From: Macrostomum lignano
Lineage: Eukaryota
DNA length: 64,000 bases
Reading direction: 5' to 3'
NCBI GenBank assembly: GCA_002269645.1
Contig: NIVC01003084.1
Coordinates: 56,759 to 120,758 of the forward strand
Below the pieces are notes generated by a model that was not told where the DNA came from, searched no databases, and was given only the letters and a program-made list of their open reading frames with translations. Positions 22,056 through 35,148 of the stretch are shown here, piece by piece; position 1 is the stretch's first letter, and the number at the start of each line of letters is the position of its first letter. The translations under genes were made by a program, and so were the position numbers.

Positions 22056-22309
22056 GTTAAATTTACTGATGAGTAATCTTATAGGACAGCAGCTATCGGC
22101 GGTAGCTGCCGCACTAGAAGGCGGTTGAAAATTGAAAATCCATCATCAAACTGTAAAAATAGTCTATGGCTATTGTAGCAAATAATTGGCGAACTGGGTC
22201 AGTTACTCGTAATTCTACAGCTTCTAATGAGCTCAAAAAACAAGCCGCAGCCCTGTTGGAAACATCTGATATTCTTAGGATTATCCACCGAATTTCTTTG
22301 GGAATTATC

Positions 22310-23260
22310 TATGGATTATTGCGGGATTATCAGACGAATTTCTATGGGATTTATCACATGAATTAATGTGGGATGATCGGACGGATTTCTATGGGATTTA
22401 TCACATGGATTAATGTGGGATGATCGGACGGATTTCTATAGGATTTATCATATGGATTAATGTGGGATGATCGGACAGATTTCTATGGGATTTATCATAT
22501 GGATTAATATGGGATTATTGGACAGATTTCTGTGGGATTTATCATATGGATTAATGTGGGATTATCGGACAGATTTCTGTGGGATTTATCATATGGATTA
22601 ATGTGGGATTATCGGACAGATTTCTGTGGGATTTATCATATGGATTAATGTGGGATTATCGGACAGATTTCTGTGGGATTTATCATATGGATTAATGTGG
22701 GATTATCGGACAGATTTCTGTGGGATTTATCATATGGATTAATGTGGGATTATCTGACAGATTTCTGTGGGATTTATCATATGGATTAATGTGGGATTAT
22801 CTGACAGATTTCTGTGGGATTTATCGTATGGATTAATGTAGGATTATCGGACAGATTTCTGTGGGATTTATCATATGGATTAATGTGGGATGATCGGACA
22901 GATTTCTGTGGGATTTATCACATGGATTAATGTGGGATTATCTGACAGATTTCTGTAGGATTTATCATATGGATTAATGTGGGATTATCGGACAGATTTC
23001 TGTGGGATTTATCATATGGATTAATGTGGGATTATCGGACAGATTTCTGTGGGATTTATCATATGGATTAATGTGGGATTATCTGACAGATTTCTGTGGG
23101 ATTTATCATATGGATTAATGTGGGATTATCTGACAGATTTCTGTGGGATTTATCATATGGATTAATGTGGGATTATCGGACAGATTTCTGTGGGATTTAT
23201 CATATGGATTAATGTGGGATTATCGGACAGATTTCTGTGAGATTTATCACATGGATTAAT
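22310..23260. repeat. 47-bp minisatellite GATTAATGTGGGATTATCGGACAGATTTCTGTGGGATTTATCATATG between CLP1 and FBXW9
   Basis: Period 47 (22561, 22608). Confidence 0.95.
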
Positions 23261-23417
23261 CTACTACATGGATTCAAAGAAGCAAAGACAAACAAAGATG
23301 ATCAAGTCAATTATTAAATATTAATTAATATTATTGTACACTGCATAATATCCCGCGGACACTAATATAAAAGCAGTAGCAATGAAAACAGTGCGCAGAA
23401 TGCAATATTGAGAATAC

Positions 23418-26400
23418 TCAGGACATCATCCAGGTGGCGGTGCTAACCAGCATCAGATTACTTGGCGGCGTGCCGCTAGCCGGCGCCAGAGCCACTACGC
23501 TGTCGTTAAGCACGTCGACTACAACGCAGAATCCGTAGACAGGATAGTCGGCCAGCTGGTCGGACGAGGTCGCCTGGCTGACGCCCAGCAGCGCGTGCAG
23601 CAGGCTGCGATCCGGCAGCACCCGGACAGCGCGGCGCCAGTGCTCCTCCCGTTCGGACTTCTCGTGGCCAAGCGGCAGCAGCGACGAAGGCAGCGCCTGC
23701 ACGCCCAGCCTATAGAATTGAAACGCGCTAGTTGGCATGCTAATCCGGTGCGGACTGAGGCTCAGCAGCGGCCCTTTAAAGTATTCCGTCACTTTTCTGT
23801 CGCGCAATTCCTGTCGAATCTCCTGGCCGCGGTCGGCTACGCCGCGCGACTTTGGCAGGGTGACAATTTTGACAAAGCTGGGCAAATCTCGCTTTAGATC
23901 GTTGTACAGCCGCTCCGACTCGATCACGAATATTAGATCCACCTGAGGGATAGTGCGAGCAGTTCTGATTGGAGTGCTACCCCGGCCCTCCTAACATTTA
24001 TTCAGAGTGCTAATTCCTCAGGCACTCATTGGGAGTGCTAGTCCCTCAGTCACCCATTGGGAGTGCTAATTCCTCAGGCACTCATTAGGAGTGCTAGTCC
24101 CTCAGTCACCCATTGGGAGTGCTAATTCCTCAGGCACTCATTGGGAGTGCTAGTCCCTCAGTCACCCATTGGGAGTGCTAATTCCTCAGGCACTCATTGG
24201 GAGTGCTAGTCCCTCAGTCACCCATTGGGAGTGCTAATTCCTCAGGCACTCATTGGGAGTGCTAGTCCCTCAGTCACCCATTGGGAGTGCTAATTCCTCA
24301 GGCACTCATTGGGAGTGCTAATTCCTCAGGCACTCATTGGGAGTGCTAATTCCTCAGGCACTCATTGGGAGTGCTAATTCCTCAGTCACCCATTGGGAGT
24401 GCTAATTCCTCAGGCACTCATTGGGAGTGCTAATTCCTCAGGCACTCATTGGGAGTGCTAATTCCTCAGGCACTCATTGGGAGTGCTAGTCCCTCAGTCA
24501 CCCATTGGGAGTGCTAATCCCTCAGTCACACATTGGGAGTGCTAGTCCCTCAGTCACCCATTGGGAGTGCTAATCCCTCAGTCACACATTGGGAGCGCTA
24601 ATCCCTCAGTCACACATTGGGAGTGCTAATCCCTCAGTCACCCATTAGGAGTGCTACCCTCTCCGTTTAGATAGTCGTTAGAGGCTTGAACAAACCTCAA
24701 AAGCGCTGGCGCACTGTTTAATAGCATCGTATCCTTCGAGTTTAATCCAGCCGCATGTGTTTATTACCAAGCCGGCATAATTAGCATCCTGGTCGTATTC
24801 GCAGCGCTTATTAACGTACTCGGCTAGCCGGTTCATCATATAAAAGTACAAATTAATATTAGCCTGCGGATTCGTGTGGCCAAATTGGAATAGCACCGGG
24901 GCTTGCTCAGTCTCAAGGCCCTCCTCGATGTCGAACGGCTTGCGCACTGGCACGGCGCCCATTGTACCGGGCACGCTGATCTGCGACTGGCCGACGTCGA
25001 CGTCAACGTAGATTGGCTTGGACTTCTCTCTGGATGGGCAACGGCGATTAGGAGAGAGATCTTCCGGATTGTTGCAGGTCTGGCCAATTCTTTATCCTCG
25101 AGTTGCACCATTTTTATGTCGATCTTTTCATCTATCGTGTCTATCTATTCGATTATTTGTCTGCTGTGTCTACCTCGCTGTCTATCAGTCTATTATGCCT
25201 ACCTCTCTATGCCTCTCAGTCTACTGTGTCTACCTCTCTATGCCTCTCAGTCTACTGTGTCTACCTCTCTATGCCTCTCAGTCTACTGTGTCTACCTCTC
25301 TATGCCTCTCAGTCTACTGTGTCTACCTCTCTATGCCTCTCAGTCTGCTGTGTCTACCTCTCTATGCCTCTCAGTCTACTGTGTCTACCTCTCTATGCCT
25401 CTCAGTCTACTGTGTCTACCTCTCTAAGTTCCTAAGTCTACTGTGTCTATTTTCCTATGCTTCTCAGTCTACTGTGTCTACCTCTCTATGCCTCTCAGTC
25501 TGCTGTGTCTACCTCTCTATGCCTCTCAGTCTACTGTGTCTACCTCTCTATGCCTCTCAGTCTACTGTGTCTACCTCTCTAAGTTCCTAAGTCTACTGTG
25601 TCTATTTTCCTATGCTTCTCAGTCTACTGTGTCTACCTCTCTATGCCTCTCAGTCTGCTGTGTCTACTTCTCTATGCCTCTCAGTCTACTGTATCTACCT
25701 CTCTTTGCCTCTCAGTCTACTGTATCTACCTTTTTGTCTTTCAGTCTACTGCCTACTTTTCTATATCTCTCAGTCTACTGTCTACCTCTCTACGTTCCTA
25801 AGTCTACTGTCTATTTCCCTATGCCTCTCAGTCTACTGTGTCTACCTTCACTGCAGACTGCAGGCCTAATTTTTACTGATTACTTAGACTTAGACCCGAA
25901 GAAGAATCCTAATAATCATAAAATTATTGATAGTTTATCCACAGTAAAATTCAGGATGCCAAAATAAAATTTGATGTCATGATATGAACCTACACGGCAA
26001 CAAGAAATAGAAGCACTACCTATTAGCCCAGGACATCAATTGTCGACAAAGCGACGTCTTGCCGGCATCCTTCGGGCCGCAGACGAGAACCCGCGGCCCG
26101 CGCCGTCTCGCCTCTTGTGCCTGACGGCGCAGCTGCTGCAGGGCGGCGTGACAGTTGACGTACACGGTGACAGCGTGGGTGTCCTTAGAAGTATAACGGG
26201 ACTCCGTCTCGCCCCAGACCTTCAGTTCGCAGCCGCTGAAGGTGAACACGGCCGCCTTGGACCCGGCGGGGAAATGGTAGCGCCTCTGGCGCACAAGCTC
26301 GGTGCCGAACACTTCGGCTTTGCCTTCGATCAGCTTCACCCAGAAGCTGGACGTGCTGAGCGCTTCGAAACGGAGCTCGCAGAAATCGTCCAGCTGGACG

Positions 26401-26468
26401 GTCTGGCCGCCCTCCGGCTCGGGCTCGACTTCAGGGACCTCCTCTGCGTCGGCGGCCGTGTCAGTCAT
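23418..26468 (-). CDS. CLP1: Polyribonucleotide 5'-hydroxyl-kinase Clp1, about 435 aa. Exons: 26020-26468, 24696-25029, 23418-23942
   Basis: ELRFE..VKLIEGKAEVFGTEL, Walker A GPKDAGKTSLCRQL, PIYVDVDVGQSQISVPGTMGA, GLVINTCGW, LPKSRGV, and C-terminal GFCVVVDV...LAPA. Exons join in phase. Confidence 0.95.
23965..24658. repeat. 28-bp minisatellite GGGAGTGCTAATTCCTCAGGCACTCATT with alternating variants (CLP1 intron 2)
   Basis: Period 28, with 56-bp dimers at the start. Confidence 0.93.
25150..25850. repeat. 31-bp minisatellite TCTACCTCTCTATGCCTCTCAGTCTACTGTG (CLP1 intron 1)
   Basis: Period 31. Confidence 0.93.
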
Positions 26469-26829
26469 TGTTAACTTGCTGAATAACAATGATAAGTCAC
26501 GCTGATTGTTCACATAAGTAATTGCTGTAGATTAGGTATATTAGCCTGAATTCGCATTGTCTGGCTTCATTTTCAACATTCAGTCTTCTATTCAGCAAAA
26601 TTTGGTTAACTTCAAATTTGCCAATAGCAGAAATCCAAATATCAGATTAATAAACTCATGGCTGACTCATGGAAAAATTCCTTTCAATTTAGCAACTTAA
26701 TTCTGATTCTTTGATATTTATATTATTCAAGCAACTTATCTTTTGTCAAGCTCACTGAACTAAGACCCTAAGCTAATACTTGTGAAAAGCATTTGGTTTC
26801 TAAAAAAACATAATCAGAGAGTGAAATCT

Positions 26830-27950
26830 ATTCTGGCTCATTGTGTTGTCTGTTTAAGGTGCAAGAATGGCCCCTATTCTATGAAGCTCATTGGTCCTTC
26901 TATGCTAGACTTTCACCTAAGATTTGGTCCATTCTAGACTATTAGACTAGACTACAGTGGTCCAATATACGAGCATACTATTAGATAGGGAGGTATATAA
27001 AGCATTGTCATATTCACATGTTCTGCTATACAAATAGTCTACCTTGAGCTAGTCAATGGCATGACTGCTACTCAATTCATCAACGGCTTGCAAAATTTTG
27101 TATCAAGACATAGAGTAACATAGCTAAATAGGGCCTAGCAACAATTCTAAGACCCCCAAATAAGCAGCTTGCATTTTTGAGGCCAGCACTAGTTTCTAGG
27201 TGGAATCATTTAACTTATAAAAGAGGAGTTACATATAAATTCATTTCCAAGAGAGCTCCATGGTGGAGGCTTTTTGGAATATACATCTTGATGATCAGCA
27301 TTATAAAGGCCTGTCTGAAGAAAAGCATTGGCAAGAGACTTCTAAAATTTGATCAGCTACTTACAACCATCATAGAGATTGAAGCTATTGTTTATAGTCA
27401 CCTACTAATGCATATCTATAGATGATGAGAATTGTTGGCACCATTTCTTATATTTCTTATTGCAAGTCTTGAGTCTTATCTTATTTCTTATAATCTAAAA
27501 TTTCAAATTTTAGCTTTGTAATATTATACTTGGGTTAGGATAAGTCTAATGACTATAAGACACAGGCAATATAAAATTAAGAAAAGCCTATCTTATTATT
27601 ACTGAAATGTCCAAAAATATTACTGAGTTACTTTTAACTATTATCTATTCAATTTTTATTACTAAATAGTCTTAGATTTGTTAGTTTTATTATATATCAA
27701 GAAAATTTTATTTCTCAATTTGATAAATTTATTGATAAGATTCAAATCATTCTTATACCTTTAATACCTATTTTTCCTTATCTCAAACTAATGATAACTT
27801 TAAGTTGTATAAGAAGTATTGTTTGGAAGATTAGATAAGGTATACACCAATCAAAATTGGTATACAAAGTAGATTTAAGGATGGTTTTGATATATATAAG
27901 TAGACTTGAAGATTGACCAACATTGCTAATATGCAAATTGGCATATATTA
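26830..27950 (+). mobile_element. Decayed BEL/Pao LTR-retrotransposon integrase relic
   Basis: LDYSGP, IFTCSAIQIVYLELVNGMTATQFINGLQNFVSR and FISKRAPWW...IKACLKKSIGKRLLKFDQLLTTIIEIEAIVYSHLL match the BEL integrase pattern (VDYAGP, FTC...VHLELV, APWWGG.WER...KK.LG...L.EIEA..NSRPL). Many stop codons. Confidence 0.75.
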
Positions 27951-28059
27951 ATTTTAGACACACTTTACCACATGGTATAATATATATTTATGTAATGTTA
28001 CAAATTTATTTTTTTGTTTGTTAATTTTTTTCTTATGGTTAAAAAATACTTGTTAATAT

Positions 28060-29741
28060 ATCATACATGCGCAACCCCCCTGATTTACACTGGCCATGCG
28101 ACTTACTTTTTGACCAAAAATGCGACTTACCTGGGAAAAAAACCCTAGAGCAACATTAACACAATTTTGGGTAAATGGCAGGAGTAACTATGACTGTCTT
28201 ATAAGGGCTAAATGCCTCCTCATCTAATTAGTGCTATATCTGTATTCTTTGGGGTGGGCATTTTTGTGACTTACCCCTGGTCCACCACGATTTATAGTAG
28301 CCAGATCGGCCAGCAGTTGCGCATGTATGTAATATATTAATATAAAAATTCTAACCTCTTAATACTAAAACTGGTGCAATGCTTGTCTGTATGTATGTTG
28401 TAACTGAACTCCTACAATTTATTATATAAAAATAGAGTTCCACTATAGCTATAGATATATATGGGAAGTTATGGATACATTGCTTTTGGCTTCCAAGTTA
28501 CAGATATAGATATAGTTATTATAGGAATAGGGATTTTACCAGATTTTTGCCATATCTTATATAAACCTAGTTTTATAACTGACAAAAATTTTGGTACATT
28601 TACATGCATCTTTGTTTAATTAGCTATATCATACCTTGAAAATATCTAGAATTAATGTCATGATGCAAATATGCTTATAAGTTCAATGTTACAATAATAA
28701 TTGTTTGAAACACAACTTGTCAACAAATGTATTGTACTATATATTCATAATAAAATGTCAAATATGAGTGTATATATGTATAAGAGCGTATTAAGATAGC
28801 TATTTTTAATTAATGTGAATGGACATTGAATTGTATATGTACATATATATATATTGTAGATTATAGCTATATAATATATGTAGGTAGATGCTTGCATAAC
28901 TTAAATACATAATAGAAAAATGTTTGAAGACACTACATGGGATTGAGACATGCATGTCCCTGGTAAAATTCCTTATATAAATTAGAGATTCAGATGTTTC
29001 AAAGACAAATACATCCAAACATATATAGTAACATAGCTATGTGCCATAGTTTGGAAGGCAACATGTAGGCTTCTATGCTGGGATTTCCTGGTATATAACA
29101 AGGGTCTTACCATTTTGCAGTATACATTAGGATATATCTTGGCATATATGACACATACATTATGTCACATATGCTTGGGTGCAACCTAGGGATTCACCCG
29201 GCCGTTTCTATTGGCAACACACACATGTAAGTTGCTATTGGACGAATAGTAATCACGTGACTGCTCTTAGCCAATAGCGACTTATATGTATGTGTTGCCA
29301 ATAGAAATGGCCAAGTGATTCCCAAGGTTGCACATGTATGATGTCAAATGACAATTTTTTTATATTGGCCCCAGCATATATGAGGTCTTGTCATTTATTC
29401 TGGCATTAAAACTGGCGTATACTAATATATGATCCAAACTATATGCTATATGTACTACCCCAACCTTTTCACCTTTGCATCCATGGTGGCTAACAATGGC
29501 TATAAGACTAATTCCTTTAAGACTTATAAGCAGCCGATCTGGCTGACCAATTAAGTAGCTGACAAGGAATTTTGACTTAATAAGACAGTTATAGTTACTC
29601 CTGCCATTTACCCAGAGTTGCGTTAATTTTGCATTAGGGTTTTTTACATGTAAGTCACATTTTTGGCCAAAAACTACATTGCATTTTTGTTAAAACTAAG
29701 TCGCATGGCCAACCGAATTTTGGAGGTTGCGTATGTATGAT
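28060..29741. mobile_element. Non-autonomous DNA-transposon-like element with imperfect terminal inverted repeats of about 250 bp
   Basis: ATCATACATGCGCAACC...GGCCATGCGACTTA...GGGTAAATGGCAGGAGTAACTA at 28060-28200 is mirrored at 29580-29741. Confidence 0.75.
29179..29333. mobile_element. 155-bp near-perfect palindrome (MITE-like) nested in the long-TIR element
   Basis: GTGCAACC...TTTCTATTGGCAACAC arms, centred on TCACGTGA. Confidence 0.8.
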
Positions 29742-31099
29742 CTAGCTCTATTATTGACTCCCTATATATAGCTCTTACCAGCTAGCCATCATGTATATTT
29801 TTATGTATATGAACCTATATTGTGACCCTTTACTTTATTGATATATAAACAACTACATGTACATATTGCTACAATTTACTAAAAACTGTTTACTTTTATA
29901 ATTGTTTACTTTTTACAAGCTATTGACACTTTTGGATGCTTTGAAAGATAATCCTCTAGTATAATAATATAACAGGCATGATTGCTCTCACTGAAATTAT
30001 CCCACTGCTGCAACCAGCTGTTGTCAAAGGGGTGTTCCTCTGTCTTTATGAATGATCCCACCAGTTAGCCACCAGCTGTTATAGGGCTACTTTTATAATT
30101 CCTATTATTAAGTTACTAAGTTGTGCTAGTATTAAACTTCTATCTATCTACTTAATGTACCTTTGCAAGTATGTACTATTATCACTGGTAACATCTACTT
30201 ATCTACTTCTATTGGTAACATTCACTTATATTGGTAGCGTCTACTTATCTACTTCTATACTTTTAGCCTAAGTGGTCTATTGGCAACTGTCTAATTCTTA
30301 GTCTCTCAGTCCTGGCATTCCTGGGATCAGAGGGTCACAGCTTTATGTGGTTTTCCCTGCCCTGAGGCGATCTTTTCTTGCTATGAAGCAGTCCTCCTAC
30401 CCTGAGGCAAATTTACAATTACTGCCCTGAGGCAATTTCTCGCTTTTAGTGGTCTAGAACTCTCCCAATATAGGGGTTTTTACTTATAGAAATGAATAAG
30501 TCACTTGAACAATTTTTTTATTAAGTCTTAGCTATTGAAAGCTTTGCTGCAAGAGCACACAAACGAGTAAGTCTTCCTGGCCCACTCGGGGCTTCTATTT
30601 ATACTAAGATTTGGTACAATTTTTACCAAAACTTAATTGCAAGAATAAGTTGTATTTTTGTTGTATTTTCAATTGTTGTATTTTTACAACTCACAACATT
30701 TAAACAAAATAATCATATTTTTGTGCAAATTTGAATAAGGGTTTTCTAAGAAACAAAATGTAGAAATGAAAAGTTTTTTTAAAACATTTATACTGCATTA
30801 CAAAAGCCCTTCCTTAATAAGAAACTAAAAATCTCTAAGAAGCTTGCATATCACAATAGTAAATGTAGCAACTTATCTGCAAATAAATGGAAATAGTTTT
30901 GAGAATAGTTATAGAACTAGGTATAGGATCTTTTTTGGTTAGGTCCTATGGATATGAATACTGATATGGATAAAGCTAAAAGAACTTTTTGTAAATACAA
31001 ATATTGTATTGTATTATAGAGGCAGTTGAATAAATCAAGACTAAAATCCAAGGGTTTCAGCAAAAATTGAATATTATTTACTAAATCTGTTAAATATAT

Positions 31100-31619
31100 G
31101 GCAGTTATTATTTGTCCAGTGACTAGATGAATAGTGATGTGGTTATTTGTCCAGTTACTGGACCTATAGATTTGTCCAGTTAAATTGCTAATAATAATAT
31201 AAGTATTGATTTATTTAGTGATGAATATTTTGAAAATTTTAGGACCTTTCTTATAGTCATATCTTGATTAATATTTTGTTATATATTAATGCAAGCAAAG
31301 CAGATATATATAATGTGTAAGCAATTTGGAATAATTTGGTAATATAATACATACACTAGTAGGCCTAGGCCTAGGCCTATAAAACATAATAGGCCTAATC
31401 AAGATATGAGTAAAGTCTTTGAAGTCCAGAAATATTCATCCTTGTAGTTTCTGTAAAATAGATAAAATAGATAACCAGACAAATAACAAAATGCCTATTT
31501 GTCTAGCTACTCTAACATTAACTGGATGAATAGGGAAACATGGCTAAGCCCTATTATCCAGTAACCAGACAAATAACCACATTGCTATTCGTTTGGTCAC
31601 AGGACAAATAACAACTGCC
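31100..31619. mobile_element. 520-bp MITE with imperfect TIRs of about 60-90 bp starting GGCAGTT
   Basis: GGCAGTTATTATTTGTCC at 31100 and GGACAAATAACAACTGCC ending 31619; both ends are flanked by TATAT. Confidence 0.7.
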
Positions 31620-33234
31620 TATATATACAAAATAGCTTGCATTTTATAAAAGATGTATTTTTTTATAAAAATAGGACTTTGTGGCTTGATGCCTGCTTGT
31701 CTAGCGTAGGCCTTGCTTCTACTATAGGCCATAGTAGGCCTACTGGCTCTAGACTGTATAATCTTAAAGCCAAGCCAAAGGCAAAAATCGCTTTAAAATC
31801 TAATGATTTGGTAAACGAAAGCAATGGAATGGCTGTACAGTTAAGTTAATTTTGTGCAAAAAATATTTTTACGAAAAACCCATTACTGTTTAGCTTCCAG
31901 TTTAGTCTTTTATAGCATGTTGTGTCTAGCCCAACCCCACTTAAAAATAATATACTCAGAAATACAATAATTTTAATACTAATTACAAAAAATCCATGAA
32001 TCAAACGCTGCGTTAAACATTGGCAAATACAGGATGAAGTCTTTCAGTCAGAATGCAAAATAAGAATGACAAGCGAGATCATCTAGAGCCTGAGTAGAGT
32101 AAATTAGCGACTTTAAAAAAATTGAAAATTTTCTAAGAACAACTGCTGGTTAATTTAAAAACAGCGATAGTACTGGTAAATAGCAGGTTATCCGTATAAA
32201 ATGAACTTTTGTTTCGTGATCTGTTACATTTTCAACCAAAAAAATAAATATTTCCTAATTTTTTCCTTACAATTTTAGATTGATATTCTTTATCCTCCAC
32301 GACCACGATACATATCCTATGAAGAAATTTTTTTAGCCGCTATAGGTACGAGTTAAGAATTTTAATCAAAGTCGACTTCAAAGGAAAATGATGCTTCGTT
32401 TCCTACAAAATTTTGGGGCTGCGAGAAGAAAACACTACGGCTGATCTACATGTATACGGAGGAACTTCAATGTGTACAGTTAAATAGCGATTAGTCATGC
32501 CTTGGATAGCTGCGTACCCGATGAAAATGTTTCACCCAGTTTGTAAAAAAAATTCGTCTTAGTCTAGATTGTTCAATAATTGATTAACCTTGTTGATTAA
32601 TACAGTAGAAGCAAAAAGGCGAACTGTTGTATAAATGTTAATTATTGCCGAGATATACACGTACACATTTACATGTGTCTATTCTAGGCCTAGGGAACGA
32701 GATGGCTAGTATAAGGAACCATATAGAGAATCCAAAAATATACTTTTTGAAATTTCAACAGCAAACGGTAAAAATCGTTCACTTTGCATGGCAGAAAACT
32801 TTCGTGCCCAGATCATCGTTAGCAATCCACATATGCAGGTTACGTACAAGGACCACAGTAACACTAGGACTAGTCTAGTAGTCCTTGGGTCGTACTGTAG
32901 TACTATGTACAAAGTATCATCCTTGGTTCCGGCCTCCTTTCATGGCGTCTTTATAGTTGGCGTACATTTACATAAACCAATACCTTAACAGAAAGATAAC
33001 GACATGTACATATGCATATGCACATAAATTTGAGAACAAATCCATAATTCTTTACGCTCACGAAAACTCGGATTTTTCTAGCGGGGGTACAGGGTTTTTC
33101 TCCACTAAATTTCTCTGAAAAACCCCGTTCTGTGAGCATTAAATGCACTATAGCGATACGACAGATAATACGCTCTTACTGCGGCCTCCAACTCATTTCT
33201 AAGAAAATCAAGTGCAGCGTCCTTCTATACTGCA

Positions 33235-33400
33235 TTTGTCCATAGACCTGTGTGTACATGCCCGCGACGATTAGAAAGTCAGGGCCGCTGTGTGTGAGCG
33301 TGTCTATGAGTGCATGCGGTTATGTGCAGGAGTCAGCGAGTGCAGGTCAGAATTGCTTAGTGCTGGTTGTGGGACGATTTCATTGAAGGCGTTGCGCCGG
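33235..33400 (+). mobile_element. SINE body fragment of the same family as the 56993 and 58567 copies
   Basis: TGTACATGCCCGCGACGATTAGAAAGTCAGGGCCGCTGT matches the family core. Confidence 0.5.
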
Positions 33401-35148
33401 TAGCCAGAACTCTCTTGCGATTATCTACTTTGTTTATCCTCTGTTACCGGAGCAAGTTCTAGACTGGGCAATGTGTGGTAGAAGCAAGAACGATCTAGAT
33501 GTGTTCTTACTTAAGTCGTCCTTGGCGTTGGATATCTGAGCGGAACGGGAAAACGTATTAAGTCACAAGCTGAATCGCACCTCGAAGATCGGGCGTGTGC
33601 TTTGTCCCATCACAATCAGTGATGACAGGAACGCTGCTGTCATTTCGTAGCTCGAGGAACGTGGCCTGCCCATTTGGAAAAGCATAATCTATTCAAAGTA
33701 TTCTGATTCTCGTTTATTTTATTGAAGAGGCAACAACATAAAAAAGGAAATAATGTAGTATAGTTACATGCATTGATTTGCCTAATGTTATATACTCGTA
33801 ATAGTTAAGCGTTATGCCCCAGGGGCGCAGAAAAAGGGGTGGGCAAAGCGAATTGGCGCGCCTCCTTGACAACTGATCAGGCGCGCCCCTTCTAAGCAGC
33901 TGTGGCGCCACTGGTGTAGTAACCCCACACCCAACCCCCCCCCCCCCTGATGACATCCTCGAGGTGCCGGCCCCAAGCATCAATGTCGCCCCCCCCCAAA
34001 GATGTGAAAAATCGTTGCCACTCCCCTGGCAACTGTAAGTTAAGTGGATTAAATTCTTTTGTTCTGACAGGGGTCAATCCAAGGAGATTGCTAAGTGATT
34101 GAGCTGCTTTTTTTGTCCGGACAATAATGGACAACTCATTTACAGTCAGCTAGACTAGAAGCTCTTATTAGAATTTGAATTCAATTTTTCAATTTGACAA
34201 TTGTTGGAGTACCATTCTACTAACCAATTGAAAGCAAGAAAATTTTCTCACAAAAGGCAATTTTTCTGGCAAAAGTATTGAAAATAATTGCCTAGATTAA
34301 TAAATGCAACTTAAAAATCAGCATGGTTACTGTAGGAACTGAATGCGATTGGGTCTGATGCTTTCAGTAGACAGCAGCAAGAAGTCTCAATACATAAAAT
34401 AGAATCTATCCATTTTAATCCTTAGCGAGACGGGACTGCAGCTAAAGCCGCGCTGAGCACACTGAACAAATGCGCGCACTCGGGGAGAGAAAATCAGCGG
34501 GCAAAACAAACGCTAGAAGTCGTCCCCAGCGCTAGCCATGTACTCACTCACTGCAGTCTGCACGTGCATGGTTACTTTCACTTTACTTTTACCCGGTTAG
34601 TTTTGTTTCTGGCTTTAACCCACTCATGCCCTAAACAGATTAGTTCAAGTGTTAAGTTAATAAATAAAACATGAATAGTTGGAGCAGGCTGTGTACGAGC
34701 GTAGTATTATGATTCATTTTTCTTGTTTACACGTACGAGTAACAAACCTAATAAATAGTACGCGGTGTACGTGTAAGATGCACTGGCGAAGCCAAGATCA
34801 CGGTCATGACCCCCAGGACCTCCACCCAGTCAGCCGATAATTTATAAATCGTAGATTTCTTTAGACTCCCCGGGATAGAAATCATGACTAAGCCACTGGA
34901 TGCTAGCATGAAAACTTTTCATGTCATGTCAAGTCAGGAGAAGCATTATTACCAAACCGACAGACTTTTCATTGGCTCCTGGACCTGAGAGAACATTTTG
35001 ATATGATGAAGCTGATTTTCTGATCTTAACAGCTGCCTCATCCGCAAAAAGCCGACTCCATTTGCTATGATATCTTAGCATAGTCGTTAGCATTGAGTTA
35101 GGTGCGAGTAGGATTCAGATTTCAAGATTTCATGATTTGGTACCTAGA

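Noticed and set aside
24903-25967. Cys/Leu-rich plus-strand ORFs
   Set aside because: Antisense to CLP1 and derived from the 31-bp intronic repeat.
33820-33913. Short CAGGGGCGC...GGCGCCACTG hAT-like MITE
   Set aside because: Flanks show no 8-bp TSD; too short to support.
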